A stretch of DNA of 64,000 bases from Candidatus Omnitrophota bacterium. Lineage in GTDB: Bacteria > Omnitrophota > Gorgyraeia > Gygaellales > Profunditerraquicolaceae. The notes below the pieces were generated by a model. That model was not told where the DNA came from and did not search any database. It saw nothing but the letters and a program-made list of their open reading frames with translations. The stretch is from contig QZKA01000024.1 of NCBI GenBank assembly GCA_003598135.1, forward strand, positions 619-64,618, read 5' to 3'. This document shows positions 37,809 through 47,277 of this stretch, in pieces. The position numbers and the translations under genes were made by a program. Position 1 is the first letter of the stretch; the number at the start of each line of letters is the position of its first letter.

Positions 37809-38286
37809 ATGATCGCGCAATTTTTTTAATCAAAGCGGTAGTAGATTTACCAGGGACAAAGCGTATCGTCTTGACTCTGCCACCATAGCTCTTTACGAAC
37901 TCATTACCGACTATATCCTTCCTTTTCCAGTCTGCGCCTTTTATTAGGACATGCGGCCTGATCATTGTAATTAAAGCAAGGGGTGTATCTTGGCGGAAAG
38001 GAACAACGTAACTTACGCTCTCAAGCGCTGCCACCAGCCTGAGCCTGTCTTTCTGTCCGACTATGGGCCTGTTTTTTCCTTTTATCCTTTTTATCGATGC
38101 GTCACTGTTTATTCCGACGATTAACGCATCGCCCTTGCCCGATGCTTCTTCCAGATATTTTACATGGCCATAATGCATAAGGTCAAAACAGCCGTTGGTA
38201 AATACGATCTTTTTGCCGTTTTTCCGTAAGCGTAACGCTATTCGCTTAAGTATCGCGTAATCAGTAATGACTTTCTTTTCTAACAC
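37801..38286 (-). CDS. rfaE2: D-glycero-beta-D-manno-heptose 1-phosphate adenylyltransferase
   Basis: VFTNGCFDLMHYGH, GINSDAS, KG..RP, KGADW, STT. Confidence 0.92.
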   Translation of the reverse strand: MLEKKVITDYAILKRIALRLRKNGKKIVFTNGCFDLMHYGHVKYLEEASGKGDALIVGINSDASIKRIKGKNRPIVGQKDRLRLVAALESVSYVVPFRQDTPLALITMIRPHVLIKGADWKRKDIVGNEFVKSYGGRVKTIRFVPGKSTTALIKKIARSYA

Positions 38287-38846
38287 AGCGCCTGCTCCAC
38301 AAGTTCGCAAATAATATGGCCTAGGGTGATATGCACTTCCTGGATTCGGGCGGTGTTAGTGGAAGAAATAACCATGGCTGTGTCTGCTAATTTTGCCAAT
38401 TCCCCGCCATCGCCTCCTGTAAATACTACCGTCTTTATCCCCATTTTTTTTGCCTGCTTGATCCCCTGAATCACATTCTTTGCCTTGCCGCTCGTCGAAA
38501 TCCCGATTGCCACATCGTTCACTGAACCCAATGCTTCAATCTGTTTTGCAAACACAATATCGTAACCGTAATCGTTTGCAAGCGCGGTGAGTATTGAGGT
38601 ATTCGTGGTGAGCGCAATAGAAGGCAGCGGCCTGCGGTCTTTTTTAAATCTTCCTACGAGTTCAGCAGCAAGGTGTTGGCTATCGCTGGCAGAGCCACCG
38701 TTTCCGAAAAAAATAACCTTCCCGCCCTTTTTAAGGCATTCGATAACAATATCGGCGATTTCCATAATTTCGGTTATGCCGGTGTGCAGCAGGTCTTCCT
38801 TTACTTGGATGCTCTCAAGGAGAGAATCTTTAATTATATCCCTCAT
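38280..38846 (-). CDS. gmhA: D-sedoheptulose 7-phosphate isomerase
   Basis: GNGGSASDSQH, TALANDY, ISTSG, TARIQEVH. Confidence 0.95.
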   Translation of the reverse strand: MRDIIKDSLLESIQVKEDLLHTGITEIMEIADIVIECLKKGGKVIFFGNGGSASDSQHLAAELVGRFKKDRRPLPSIALTTNTSILTALANDYGYDIVFAKQIEALGSVNDVAIGISTSGKAKNVIQGIKQAKKMGIKTVVFTGGDGGELAKLADTAMVISSTNTARIQEVHITLGHIICELVEQALC

Positions 38847-38859
38847 ACTCCACCCCGCG

Positions 38860-39888
38860 TTAACCAAAGAATACTTTGGCTATTTCATATATTTCTTCAT
38901 CCACCGTTTTTAACTCTTTTACGGCTTCTTCCAGGGAAACATCAATAACCTTATTGCCTTGCAGCGCAACCATTCTGCCGAATTTTTTGTGCAAGACAAG
39001 TTCGACGGCCTTAACGCCGAAACGGGTACCCAAGATCCTGTCGAATGCGGTCGGAGAACCGCCTCTTTGAATATGCCCCAGGACGCTGACGCGCGTCTCG
39101 TATCCTATCCTCTTTTCGATTTCTTTGCCCAAGATCTCTCCGATACCGCCAAGCCTGACGTGGCCGAACTCATCCAGCTTCTCTTCCTGCAGCACCATAC
39201 TTCTTGACTTAAACTGGGCACCTTCAGCAACCACGACGATGCTGAAATTCTTTCCCCGCCCATGCCTTTTTTTAATGAGCGCACAGACCTCGTCCATATC
39301 GATCGGAATTTCAGGTATCAGTATCACATCTGCCCCTCCCGCAAGACCCGATTCAATCGCAATCCAGCCGGCATGCCTGCCCATAACCTCAACGACTATG
39401 ATACGATGGTGGCTTTCAGCGGTAGTATGCAGCTTATCAATACACTCCATAGCCGTATTAATTGCGGTGTCAAAACCAAATGTATAATCGGTGCAGGAAA
39501 GATCGTTATCTATCGTTTTCGGTACGCCGACAATATTGGGAATTTCGTCTTTAATCAATTTAGACGCAACGCCAAGCGTATCTTCTCCTCCGACTGCAAT
39601 CAGCGCATGCAAACCGAGCTTTGAGAAATTCTCTTTTGTTTTTTCTCTTCCGCCTTCTTTCTTGTATGGATTTGTCCGGCTCGTACCGAGAATTGTACCC
39701 CCTTTAGGCAAGATGCCTGAAACGGTATTGAGGGTAAGCGGGATGGTGTCGTTATCAATGAGCCCCTTCCATCCGTTCTTTATCCCCACCACTTCGCAGC
39801 CCGATACGTTTGCCTTTCTTACTACAGCCCGAATCACAGGATTAAGGCCCGGACAATCTCCGCCGCCAGTCAAAATACCTATCTTCAT
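38860..39888 (-). CDS. pfkA: 6-phosphofructokinase, group III, probably PPi-dependent
   Basis: TGGGDCPGLN, GGTILGTSR, GGEDT, PKTIDND, EVMGRHAG, LGHIQRGG. Confidence 0.93.
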   Translation of the reverse strand: MKIGILTGGGDCPGLNPVIRAVVRKANVSGCEVVGIKNGWKGLIDNDTIPLTLNTVSGILPKGGTILGTSRTNPYKKEGGREKTKENFSKLGLHALIAVGGEDTLGVASKLIKDEIPNIVGVPKTIDNDLSCTDYTFGFDTAINTAMECIDKLHTTAESHHRIIVVEVMGRHAGWIAIESGLAGGADVILIPEIPIDMDEVCALIKKRHGRGKNFSIVVVAEGAQFKSRSMVLQEEKLDEFGHVRLGGIGEILGKEIEKRIGYETRVSVLGHIQRGGSPTAFDRILGTRFGVKAVELVLHKKFGRMVALQGNKVIDVSLEEAVKELKTVDEEIYEIAKVFFG

Positions 39889-39901
39889 TTCCTGTTACCT
39901 C

Positions 39902-40516
39902 CTACTTGTTAAACGTTGTGTAACCGCCATAGGGGACAGAGGGGATTTGCTGCTCAATTTGCCCTCTTCTTTTGTCCTTTTCTTCCTTTGTGATTATTTT
40001 TGCGATATGGATCTTAATTACGATAGCCTCCTCGATCCCTAGAACCTCCTGGATTCTCGTTTTGGTCACATCCTGAAGCCTTGAGGTCAATTCAGGCAAG
40101 TTGGCTTCGGTACGCAAAACTACCCGCATGTGCACGATTATTCCTTTTTTAGTCGCGATTACGTCAGGCTTAAGTTCCTTGATTTCAGGAAATACGAATG
40201 CAAGCTGTCTGATAAGGTCCTCAACTGCCGAAAGAGAAATAGTCACTTCTCCGGTCGAAGTCGCAAACGCGATAGTTTTTTCCCGCTGAAAACGGCCCAG
40301 TATAAGCTGTGCAAAGGAATAACTGATAATGATAAGCAGGCCGCCGGATAACCCGAGCAGGATGCGGTAATTCGTATTATACTGTGTAATTTCCAGCAAT
40401 CGGATTATATCGACGGGTGCAAGTACGTTAAAAGAAAATACTATCATACCGAGCCCTATAAAGATCAACACGATCATGTAAAACGATATGCCCACAACGG
40501 TAAGGAATCTCATCAT
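39902..40516 (-). CDS. amaP: alkaline shock response membrane anchor AmaP-like protein
   Basis: Two TM helices, GEVTISLSAVED; adjacent to an Asp23 gene. Confidence 0.75.
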   Translation of the reverse strand: MMRFLTVVGISFYMIVLIFIGLGMIVFSFNVLAPVDIIRLLEITQYNTNYRILLGLSGGLLIIISYSFAQLILGRFQREKTIAFATSTGEVTISLSAVEDLIRQLAFVFPEIKELKPDVIATKKGIIVHMRVVLRTEANLPELTSRLQDVTKTRIQEVLGIEEAIVIKIHIAKIITKEEKDKRRGQIEQQIPSVPYGGYTTFNK

Positions 40517-40872
40517 TGCCCCCTTTCTATGCCTACAATACTGACATTGATATCGATTATCGAGAGGTTCGTCATTTTGTCTACCGCGGCACTGACATTT
40601 TCCTGGACCTTACTGGCGATGTCGGGAATATTAAAACCGTATTTTACTATCAACGGGATCTCAATGCGCACATCGCTATTTTTATCTATCTCTACCCTTA
40701 TTCCGGAATTCTTATGCCTAAAACCAATTAATTCAAAAAGATTTGTTTTCATATTCCTGCCGATGCCGTTTACGCCTTCGATTTCTTCAGCCGCAAGATA
40801 GGCAATAGAAGCAATTACGTTTTTATGGATGTTGACTGCGCCAAGCCCTGTTGCTGAATCATCCTTAGTCAT
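40513..40872 (-). CDS. Asp23/Gls24 family envelope stress protein
   Basis: G.V.I...VIASIA..AA.EIEGV, YG.NIP.IA.KVQ, INV.I.GI. Confidence 0.9.
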   Translation of the reverse strand: MTKDDSATGLGAVNIHKNVIASIAYLAAEEIEGVNGIGRNMKTNLFELIGFRHKNSGIRVEIDKNSDVRIEIPLIVKYGFNIPDIASKVQENVSAAVDKMTNLSIIDINVSIVGIERGQ

Positions 40873-42236
40873 TATCCCTCCTTTGCCTGTTCTTCTTCTC
40901 CGAGCATCTCATTAACGAAATGCGTAGAGAACTCGCCTTTTGCAAAAAGGGAGTTCGAAAGAAGCTGTATGTGAAATGGTATTGTAGTTTTGATCGGCTC
41001 AATCTTGAATTCACTCAGCGCCCTCTGCATAATCCTTAAAGCCTCGTTACGGTCTTTGCCATGAGCGATTATCTTTGCGACTAATGAGTCGTAGTATGGG
41101 GAGATTTCATACCCCTGGTAAATATGGGTATCGATCCGGATCCCCGGGCCTCCGGGAAGGATAAGCGTCTCGATCTTACCGGGACAGGGAATAAAACCGT
41201 TTCGGAAATCTTCGGCGTTTATGCGGCATTCAATCGCTGCGCCGTTAAGATGGATGTCGCTTTGCTTAAAAGACAATCTTGTGCGGGCAGCAACTAAAAT
41301 CTGCTGCTTAATCAAGTCGATACCGCTAACCATTTCGGTAACGGGATGCTCAACCTGAATGCGCGTGTTCATTTCCATAAAATATACGTTTTTCTCCTGA
41401 TCAAGCAAAAACTCTATGGTGCCTGCGCCGACATAATCAAAGGATTTCGCGGCTTTTATCGCCATATCTCCCAGCCGCTTGCGTAATTTAGAATCAACGA
41501 TAGGCGAAGGCGACTCTTCGAGTAGTTTCTGGTGCCTGCGCTGAATACTACAATCCCTCTCGCCAAGATAGAGGTGATGACCGTAGGTATCGCTTAAAAT
41601 CTGCACTTCTATGTGGCGGGGCTTATCGATATATTTTTCGATATAGACGTTTGGGTTGCCGAAGTTGGCTTCTGCCTCTGCCTGTGCAGTCATGAAACTG
41701 CTCACAAGTTTTATCTCGTTATGGCATATTCTCATTCCTTTACCGCCGCCCCCTGCAGAGGCCTTTATAATCACGGGGTATTTGATGCGGTTTGCCGTTT
41801 TAATCGCTTCGTCTTTATTCTTAATAACTGAAGTGCTTCCCGGAACTATGGGAAGCCCGATTTTTTGCATTGTCGTACGCGCCGCCATTTTATCACCCAT
41901 AAGCTTGATATTTTCAGGGGTCGGGCCGATAAAAGTAATATGGCAGGACTCGCAGATCTCCGCAAAATGAGCGTTTTCGGCAAGAAAACCGTATCCGGGG
42001 TGTATTGCCTCAACATCGGTAATCTCTGCGGCGCTGATAACGGCAGGAATATTAAGGTAGCTTGAACTACTTTGGGCTCGACCGATACAGATAGCTTCAT
42101 CAGCCATTTGTACGTGCAGAGAACTCGCATCGGCCTGGGAATACACCGCGACCGTTCTGATTCCCATTTCTTTACACGCACGGATTATGCGTAAGGCGAT
42201 TTCGCCGCGGTTTGCGATAAGAATTTTGGAAAACAT
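40872..42236 (-). CDS. accC: acetyl-CoA carboxylase biotin carboxylase
   Basis: ILIANRGEIA, HPGYGFLAEN, GGGGKGM, ERDCSIQRRHQK, EMNTRIQVEH. Confidence 0.97.
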   Translation of the reverse strand: MFSKILIANRGEIALRIIRACKEMGIRTVAVYSQADASSLHVQMADEAICIGRAQSSSSYLNIPAVISAAEITDVEAIHPGYGFLAENAHFAEICESCHITFIGPTPENIKLMGDKMAARTTMQKIGLPIVPGSTSVIKNKDEAIKTANRIKYPVIIKASAGGGGKGMRICHNEIKLVSSFMTAQAEAEANFGNPNVYIEKYIDKPRHIEVQILSDTYGHHLYLGERDCSIQRRHQKLLEESPSPIVDSKLRKRLGDMAIKAAKSFDYVGAGTIEFLLDQEKNVYFMEMNTRIQVEHPVTEMVSGIDLIKQQILVAARTRLSFKQSDIHLNGAAIECRINAEDFRNGFIPCPGKIETLILPGGPGIRIDTHIYQGYEISPYYDSLVAKIIAHGKDRNEALRIMQRALSEFKIEPIKTTIPFHIQLLSNSLFAKGEFSTHFVNEMLGEEEQAKEG

Positions 42237-42246
42237 TTATCTAGAA

Positions 42247-42699
42247 TTAAAGAGGTTCGACAATAAACATGGACTGCCCGAATTCAACTGGCTCAGCATT
42301 TTCGACTAAAATCTCAACAATCCTGCCCTTGATTTCGGATTTAATCTCGTTCATAAGCTTCATCGCTTCGATGATACAAAGCACCTGCCCTGCCTCAATG
42401 ACCTGCCCTATTTCAATGTAAGGCGGGGCTTCCGGGGCAGGAGCACGGTAGAAAGTACCGACCATCGGCGCCTTTATTTCAACATTTTTTGAGGACACTT
42501 CCTTGGCGGGCTCAGAGGTAAAAGAGGCTTTTGCGGATGGTGCTGTTTCCCTCTCTATGACTATCGGCCCGCTTACGCCCTCCATCCCAGAGCCTGTTTT
42601 TTTCAGCCTTATACGCATACCGTCCTTTTCGATTTCAAGCTCGACAAGGCCGTTTTCATTCATGAGGTTGATCATCTCTTTGATTTCTTTGATATTCAT
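42247..42699 (-). CDS. accB: biotin carboxyl carrier protein
   Basis: APMVGTFYR, EAMKLMNEI. Confidence 0.96.
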   Translation of the reverse strand: MNIKEIKEMINLMNENGLVELEIEKDGMRIRLKKTGSGMEGVSGPIVIERETAPSAKASFTSEPAKEVSSKNVEIKAPMVGTFYRAPAPEAPPYIEIGQVIEAGQVLCIIEAMKLMNEIKSEIKGRIVEILVENAEPVEFGQSMFIVEPL

Positions 42700-42712
42700 G
42701 TATGCTCTCCCG

Positions 42713-43276
42713 TTAATATACCCTTTCTACATACCCGCCGGTCCTCGTATCAATTTTTATCTTGTCGCCACTATTAACGAATAGAGGAACCTGTACCGTA
42801 GCCCCGGTTTCAATAGTGGCAGGCTTTGTGCCACTCTTTGCTGTATCGCCTTTAATGCCGGGTTCAGTATGTGTGATCGCAAAATGGATAAAATTAGGAA
42901 GGCTGATATTGAGGATATCGTCTTTGTAAGAATAGGCGACTACCTCCAGATTGTCTTTTAAATATTTTGTTTGGTCGCCAAGAACAGGAGCAGGAATTGC
43001 TACTTCATCGTAAGTTTCCTGGTCCATGAAGTGGTATATGCCAGAAGAGGCATATTGAAACTGAAGTTTACGTTCATCAACGTATGCGCTTTCTATCTTT
43101 TCATCGCCACGGTACGTCTTCTCAAGGACGTTACCGCTTTTCATATTCCTTACCCTGGTCCTTACGAACGCCGCACCTTTACCTGGTTTGACGTGTTGGA
43201 AATCAATCACCTGATACACATCGTTATCCACCAGAATAGTTAACCCCGATTTGATTTCGTTGATTGAGAGAGCCAC
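42713..43276 (-). CDS. efp: elongation factor P
   Basis: HVKPGKGAAFVR, PGIKGDT, VPLF, DTRTG.Y. Confidence 0.97.
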   Translation of the reverse strand: MALSINEIKSGLTILVDNDVYQVIDFQHVKPGKGAAFVRTRVRNMKSGNVLEKTYRGDEKIESAYVDERKLQFQYASSGIYHFMDQETYDEVAIPAPVLGDQTKYLKDNLEVVAYSYKDDILNISLPNFIHFAITHTEPGIKGDTAKSGTKPATIETGATVQVPLFVNSGDKIKIDTRTGGYVERVY

Positions 43277-44316
43277 TAGAGTACCTCAACTCCTTTCGCA
43301 GTCACCAGTACCATATCTTCAATCCTTATGCCGTATTTGCCGTAAAGGTATATTCCCGGCTCAACCGTAAAAACCATACCTTGGCGGATCAGCTCATTGC
43401 TCTTTTTAGATATTCGGGGGTCTTCGTGGACTTCTAGGCCAACGCCGTGGCCTACGCTATGACCAAAAAACCCGCCAAATCCACAACGGGCTATATACTG
43501 GCGGGCTGTTGCGTCAATTACCTTGGCCGAAGTCCCGGGTTTTATTTTACTTATTGCGCTCTTTTGAGCCCGAAGCACAATCTCGTAAGTCTTTTTTACA
43601 GCGTTACTTATTTTACCGGAGTTAAAAACCCTTGTCAAGTCAGATTTATACCCTTGATAATCAACCCCCATATCAATCAAGACGGGTTCGTTCTTTTCAA
43701 TCCTTTTCATAGAGGTAATGTGATGCGGAAAGGCAGAATTTTTGCCGGAGGCGACAATAACAGGAAACGCAGCTGCCCATGCACCGTGGAACCGCACAAA
43801 CCTTTCAAGCTCGGCGGCAACCTCTATCTCCCTCCTACCCGGCACGATCAGCCCTTGCGCAAAATACATCGCTTTTTTAGCGATATCGACCGCCCGTTTT
43901 ATCAGAGCGATCTCATCTTCTGCTTTGATGGAACGCAATTCTTCGATAAGGTGTGTTTTTGGAACCAGCGTTACTTTTCTACCTAGCCGTTTTCGCATCA
44001 GCGCATACGCAGAGTAACTGATGTGGCGCCCCTCAAAACCAACCCGCTTCAGGCCAAGCCGCAGGCATTCTTTTGCTGCCAATTCAACCAGAGAACCACT
44101 GTACGTTTTTACCAAAAAACCGTTGGTTCGGTCCTTAAGTTCTTCGGAATACCTGGTATCGGTCAGAAATAAGCTCTTTCCTGAAGTGATTAAAAGGTAG
44201 GTGTCCCGGCAGGGATATCCTGCTGCGTACGAAACGTTCGCGGAGGAAAAAAGCACAATTCCGTCAAGACGGTCTGTGCATAGCTTCCGCTTAATCTGCG
44301 CCAGCCTTGCATTCAT
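43276..44316 (-). CDS. Xaa-Pro aminopeptidase (M24)
   Basis: TDTRY, R.IK..DE, PHH, D.G..Y.SDLTR, HSVGHGVGLEVHE, TVEPGIY, RIED. Confidence 0.94.
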   Translation of the reverse strand: MNARLAQIKRKLCTDRLDGIVLFSSANVSYAAGYPCRDTYLLITSGKSLFLTDTRYSEELKDRTNGFLVKTYSGSLVELAAKECLRLGLKRVGFEGRHISYSAYALMRKRLGRKVTLVPKTHLIEELRSIKAEDEIALIKRAVDIAKKAMYFAQGLIVPGRREIEVAAELERFVRFHGAWAAAFPVIVASGKNSAFPHHITSMKRIEKNEPVLIDMGVDYQGYKSDLTRVFNSGKISNAVKKTYEIVLRAQKSAISKIKPGTSAKVIDATARQYIARCGFGGFFGHSVGHGVGLEVHEDPRISKKSNELIRQGMVFTVEPGIYLYGKYGIRIEDMVLVTAKGVEVL

Positions 44317-44319
44317 TGT

Positions 44320-44760
44320 CTATGTAAGGAGATTACACAAGGCCTCAAGCCCCAAGACGTAGCTTTTAGGCCCAAAACCCATAACCGTACCTTTTACCAC
44401 CGGGCTGATGAGAGACTTATGCCTGAATTCCTCTCTTGTGTAAATATTTGAAAGGTGTACTTCAACGGAAGGAACTTGAGCTGCGGCAATCGCGTCTCTG
44501 ATTGCCACGCTTGTGTGTGTATATGCTGCGGGGTTGATAAGCAGCCCCTGAAAAACACCTTTGCTCTTACAAATAAGATCCACGATTTCACCTTCGTGGT
44601 TGGATTGCGCAATAACCAGCCTGACTTTCCTCTTTTTTGCATAACCCTTGAGGCTTCGGTTTATTTGTACCAAAGTAGTCTTGCCGTAAACCTGCGGCTC
44701 GCGTGTACCCAAAAGCTTGAGGTTCGGACCGTGGATAACCAATATTTTTTTAATCTTCAT
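44320..44760 (-). CDS. aroQ: type II 3-dehydroquinate dehydratase
   Basis: [34 protein letters not shown]...REEFRH. Confidence 0.97.
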   Translation of the reverse strand: MKIKKILVIHGPNLKLLGTREPQVYGKTTLVQINRSLKGYAKKRKVRLVIAQSNHEGEIVDLICKSKGVFQGLLINPAAYTHTSVAIRDAIAAAQVPSVEVHLSNIYTREEFRHKSLISPVVKGTVMGFGPKSYVLGLEALCNLLT

Positions 44761-44939
44761 TTATCCGCCTCGCCTATTAACATAACTGGTATACCGTTTA
44801 CGATGGAATACTTTTTCCCGCACTTTTTGCAGACAATTTTCGCCTTAACCATACCCACATCCGACTTGCAATCAGGACAGGAAAGGATATCAAGCAACAA
44901 ATTGTCAGCTACTGTTTTATTTTTTTGTTTTTTCGACAT
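44757..44939 (-). CDS. Trm112/YcaR family protein
   Basis: [11 protein letters not shown]...[15 protein letters not shown]. Confidence 0.85.
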   Translation of the reverse strand: MSKKQKNKTVADNLLLDILSCPDCKSDVGMVKAKIVCKKCGKKYSIVNGIPVMLIGEADK

Positions 44940-45255
44940 ACTGCATTTTAAGCTCATAGAGCACATTTTCAAAAAACGTGCCTTCTTCCTCATTTAAATT
45001 CCCTTTGGTTTTTTCCCTCAGCATATCAAGCGTATCGATGATAAATTTTGCCTGACTTAAGTCTTCTTCCTTCTGATTTGTCACAGGGTTTTCAATCAAG
45101 CCAAGAAAAATCGAAGCCTGCAGGGAAAGGGTAGAAACAAAGAATTTGAAATCCGGGATAGGCGGTATAAACTCCTTCTCCTGCCCGCCTTGAGTTTTTT
45201 CCTTATCTACGTTCTCTTTCCATTCATTATCAATGTGTTTATTTTTTTCTTCCAT
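44917..45255 (-). CDS. DUF1844-like protein
   Basis: F..FVSTL..QA..FLG..NP, A..IIDTL..L.EKTKGNL..EE, LYELKM.Y; start at ATG 45255. Confidence 0.8.
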   Translation of the reverse strand: MEEKNKHIDNEWKENVDKEKTQGGQEKEFIPPIPDFKFFVSTLSLQASIFLGLIENPVTNQKEEDLSQAKFIIDTLDMLREKTKGNLNEEEGTFFENVLYELKMQYVEKTKK

Positions 45256-45287
45256 CGCTATCCTACCTCGTTTAAAATGACGCTCGG

Positions 45288-46106
45288 TTAATAAATAATC
45301 ATCCCCGCATAACCAACTACGCTGCTTGTGTCTTTGCTCACTTCTGCGCTGGTTTGATACTTGACAAGACTGCCTGAAGATGCCCCTAGTGTTTTTGCTG
45401 CAGAGAGCATAACGGCAACTGCGGCATAACCGCACATCGAAATGCCCTGCGCTGCAATATTTTCAAAGAGGGCATCTTCATTTAATGCAAGTATCGCTTC
45501 AATCGCTAGCCTGTCCTTCTTCTCTGCGTGCTCCAGAGGCTCATAGTGCGTCATGTCAGTGCTCGCAGCTATCACAACTGAATCCTTTGCTCCGCAGGAA
45601 ATAATTGCCTGGGCAATTTCTTTGCCGATACGTTTTAAAAGCGCGAGCTCGCCGGAAAAGACCGCTATGGGCACAATCTCAAAAGACATCTTAAAATACT
45701 GCAAAATAGGAAGTTCAACTTCCAGGGAATGCTCATACCTATGCGCAAGCGTATCTTCTTTCAGGCTTGGCGAATGAGACGCCATTTGTTTGGCAAGATC
45801 AGAATTAATCCGCACATCGCCCATCGGGGTCTGCCATACCCCTTCAGTCATTATGCTGAATTCTTCTCCGTAGCCGGAATGATTAGGGCCTATCAATATC
45901 ACGGTATCCTTGATCTTCATTGACGAGACCGTTTCAACGGCAACCCTGCCTGAATACACGTATCCTGCGTGTGGTAATACACAAGCGATCACGTCTTTGT
46001 TGGCAGGCTCTTTGACAATAAAACTGGCAATCAGCCTTTTTAACTCCTGTTCCGAAGAAGGGTAGAATTGCCCTGCAACCGCAGGCTTACGAATTCCGCC
46101 GGCCAC
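45288..46106 (-). CDS. amrB: AmmeMemoRadiSam system protein B (MEMO1 family)
   Basis: RKPAVAGQFYP, PHAGYVYSG, GPNH, EHSLEV.LP, STDMTHY, MCG, VVGYA. Confidence 0.93.
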   Translation of the reverse strand: MAGGIRKPAVAGQFYPSSEQELKRLIASFIVKEPANKDVIACVLPHAGYVYSGRVAVETVSSMKIKDTVILIGPNHSGYGEEFSIMTEGVWQTPMGDVRINSDLAKQMASHSPSLKEDTLAHRYEHSLEVELPILQYFKMSFEIVPIAVFSGELALLKRIGKEIAQAIISCGAKDSVVIAASTDMTHYEPLEHAEKKDRLAIEAILALNEDALFENIAAQGISMCGYAAVAVMLSAAKTLGASSGSLVKYQTSAEVSKDTSSVVGYAGMIIY

Positions 46107-47013
46107 TAGATAACCTTTCGTTTATAATCGTTTTACTGGCTTTTAGTTCGCGCGCGCTTGAGTTACGGTGTGCCTCAATTATTTTAATAGTAGTTTCTTT
46201 AAGAAACCCGTTAAGGATACTAAAGTCAAAAGTGCCTGTCCCTGGCGCCTTGTGGTCATTGCATCCAGCCAGATCATGCAAGTGTACGCCGATAAGAGGC
46301 TTTTTAAAATTCACAATATAATCGTTATGACTAAGAAATCCCAAATTTTCCATTACCTGCGCATGGCCGGTATCGTGCCAATAGCGTAAGTTCGAACCCC
46401 TGAATTGCTGAAAGATATGCACGAGTTCTTCAAAGGATGGGATCTCACGGTAATAAAAACGATTCTCAAGCCCCAAAAGAACGTTATTCTCCCCTGCACA
46501 GCGGTTTAATTCCTCTAAGCTTCTAAGCGCGCTCTGCAGGAAAGGCTTACATTTTCTTTCCCTTTCTTTTATCGCTTGGTTCTTTTCTTTTGAAAAGAGT
46601 CGAAAATCCTTTTTGTTGTATAAAGATATGAGTCTCTTTGTCCTATCGGCGATTTCAACCCTTCCGCAATGTAGCACTACGGCTTTGGCACCAAGGCAGG
46701 CCGCAGTAGCAATAGTTCTCTTGGTATAGCGTATGGCAAGGCGCCTTTCCTCCTTATCCAAAGAAGCCAATGAATAACAATCGGGGAGGGCTTTTTCTCT
46801 GGCCAGACAAGCGGGAATGGGACAAAAGTTATGAATACTTAAAATGCGGCAGAGTTTCTTTGCAACGAGCTTTTTAAACCCGTTTACAATAAAAGAGTTG
46901 AGGTTATAGCTCAACTCAAACGTATTAAATCCGAGTACTTCCAACTCTGATGTTATAGCCCCTGCGCAATGGTGGCGATACGCATTCCAGGCAGTCGAAA
47001 CACCCAGGGCCAT
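46087..47013 (-). CDS. sugar phosphate isomerase/AP endonuclease 2 TIM-barrel protein
   Basis: SIHNFCP, VVLHCG, GLENR, WHDTGHA, GVHLHD, DH.APG.G. Confidence 0.85.
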   Translation of the reverse strand: MALGVSTAWNAYRHHCAGAITSELEVLGFNTFELSYNLNSFIVNGFKKLVAKKLCRILSIHNFCPIPACLAREKALPDCYSLASLDKEERRLAIRYTKRTIATAACLGAKAVVLHCGRVEIADRTKRLISLYNKKDFRLFSKEKNQAIKERERKCKPFLQSALRSLEELNRCAGENNVLLGLENRFYYREIPSFEELVHIFQQFRGSNLRYWHDTGHAQVMENLGFLSHNDYIVNFKKPLIGVHLHDLAGCNDHKAPGTGTFDFSILNGFLKETTIKIIEAHRNSSARELKASKTIINERLSSGRRNS

Positions 47014-47175
47014 TTACCGCCTGCCCTTAGCCTTCCTTCGCTTTCGCTCGCTGGGCTTTTCATAGTGCTTGCGGTCTCTGACTTCCCTTAAAATACCTTC
47101 CTGCTCAATTTGTTTTTTGAAACGGCGCATCGCCGCCTCAAAAGAATCGCCTTTTCTGATCTCAATCTGCGACAT
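47014..47175 (-). CDS. rpsU: 30S ribosomal protein S21 (not in ORF track, 53 aa)
   Basis: Manual translation MSQIEIRKGDSFEAAMRRFKKQIEQEGILREVRDRKHYEKPSERKRRKAKGRR; GAGGAGG RBS. Confidence 0.96.
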   Translation of the reverse strand: MSQIEIRKGDSFEAAMRRFKKQIEQEGILREVRDRKHYEKPSERKRRKAKGRR

Positions 47176-47209
47176 CTAATCACCATCCTCCTCATCTAGA
47201 ATTTCTTAA

Positions 47210-47238
47210 ACTATATCATTAATTTTAGCTGGAGTCAA
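47210..47238 (-). promoter_or_regulatory. putative sigma70 promoter of the rpsU operon
   Basis: Minus strand TTGACT (47238-47233), 17 bp, TATAGT (47215-47210) with TG extension. Confidence 0.65.
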
Positions 47239-47277
47239 TCGTTTTAGGAGAAGTATTAATGTAGAAATTCAAAATTC

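Noticed and set aside
45288-46106. amrB as part of the neighbouring radical SAM island
   Set aside because: It has core-like composition, lies downstream of the rpsU promoter, and none of the island rSAMs looked like AmrS
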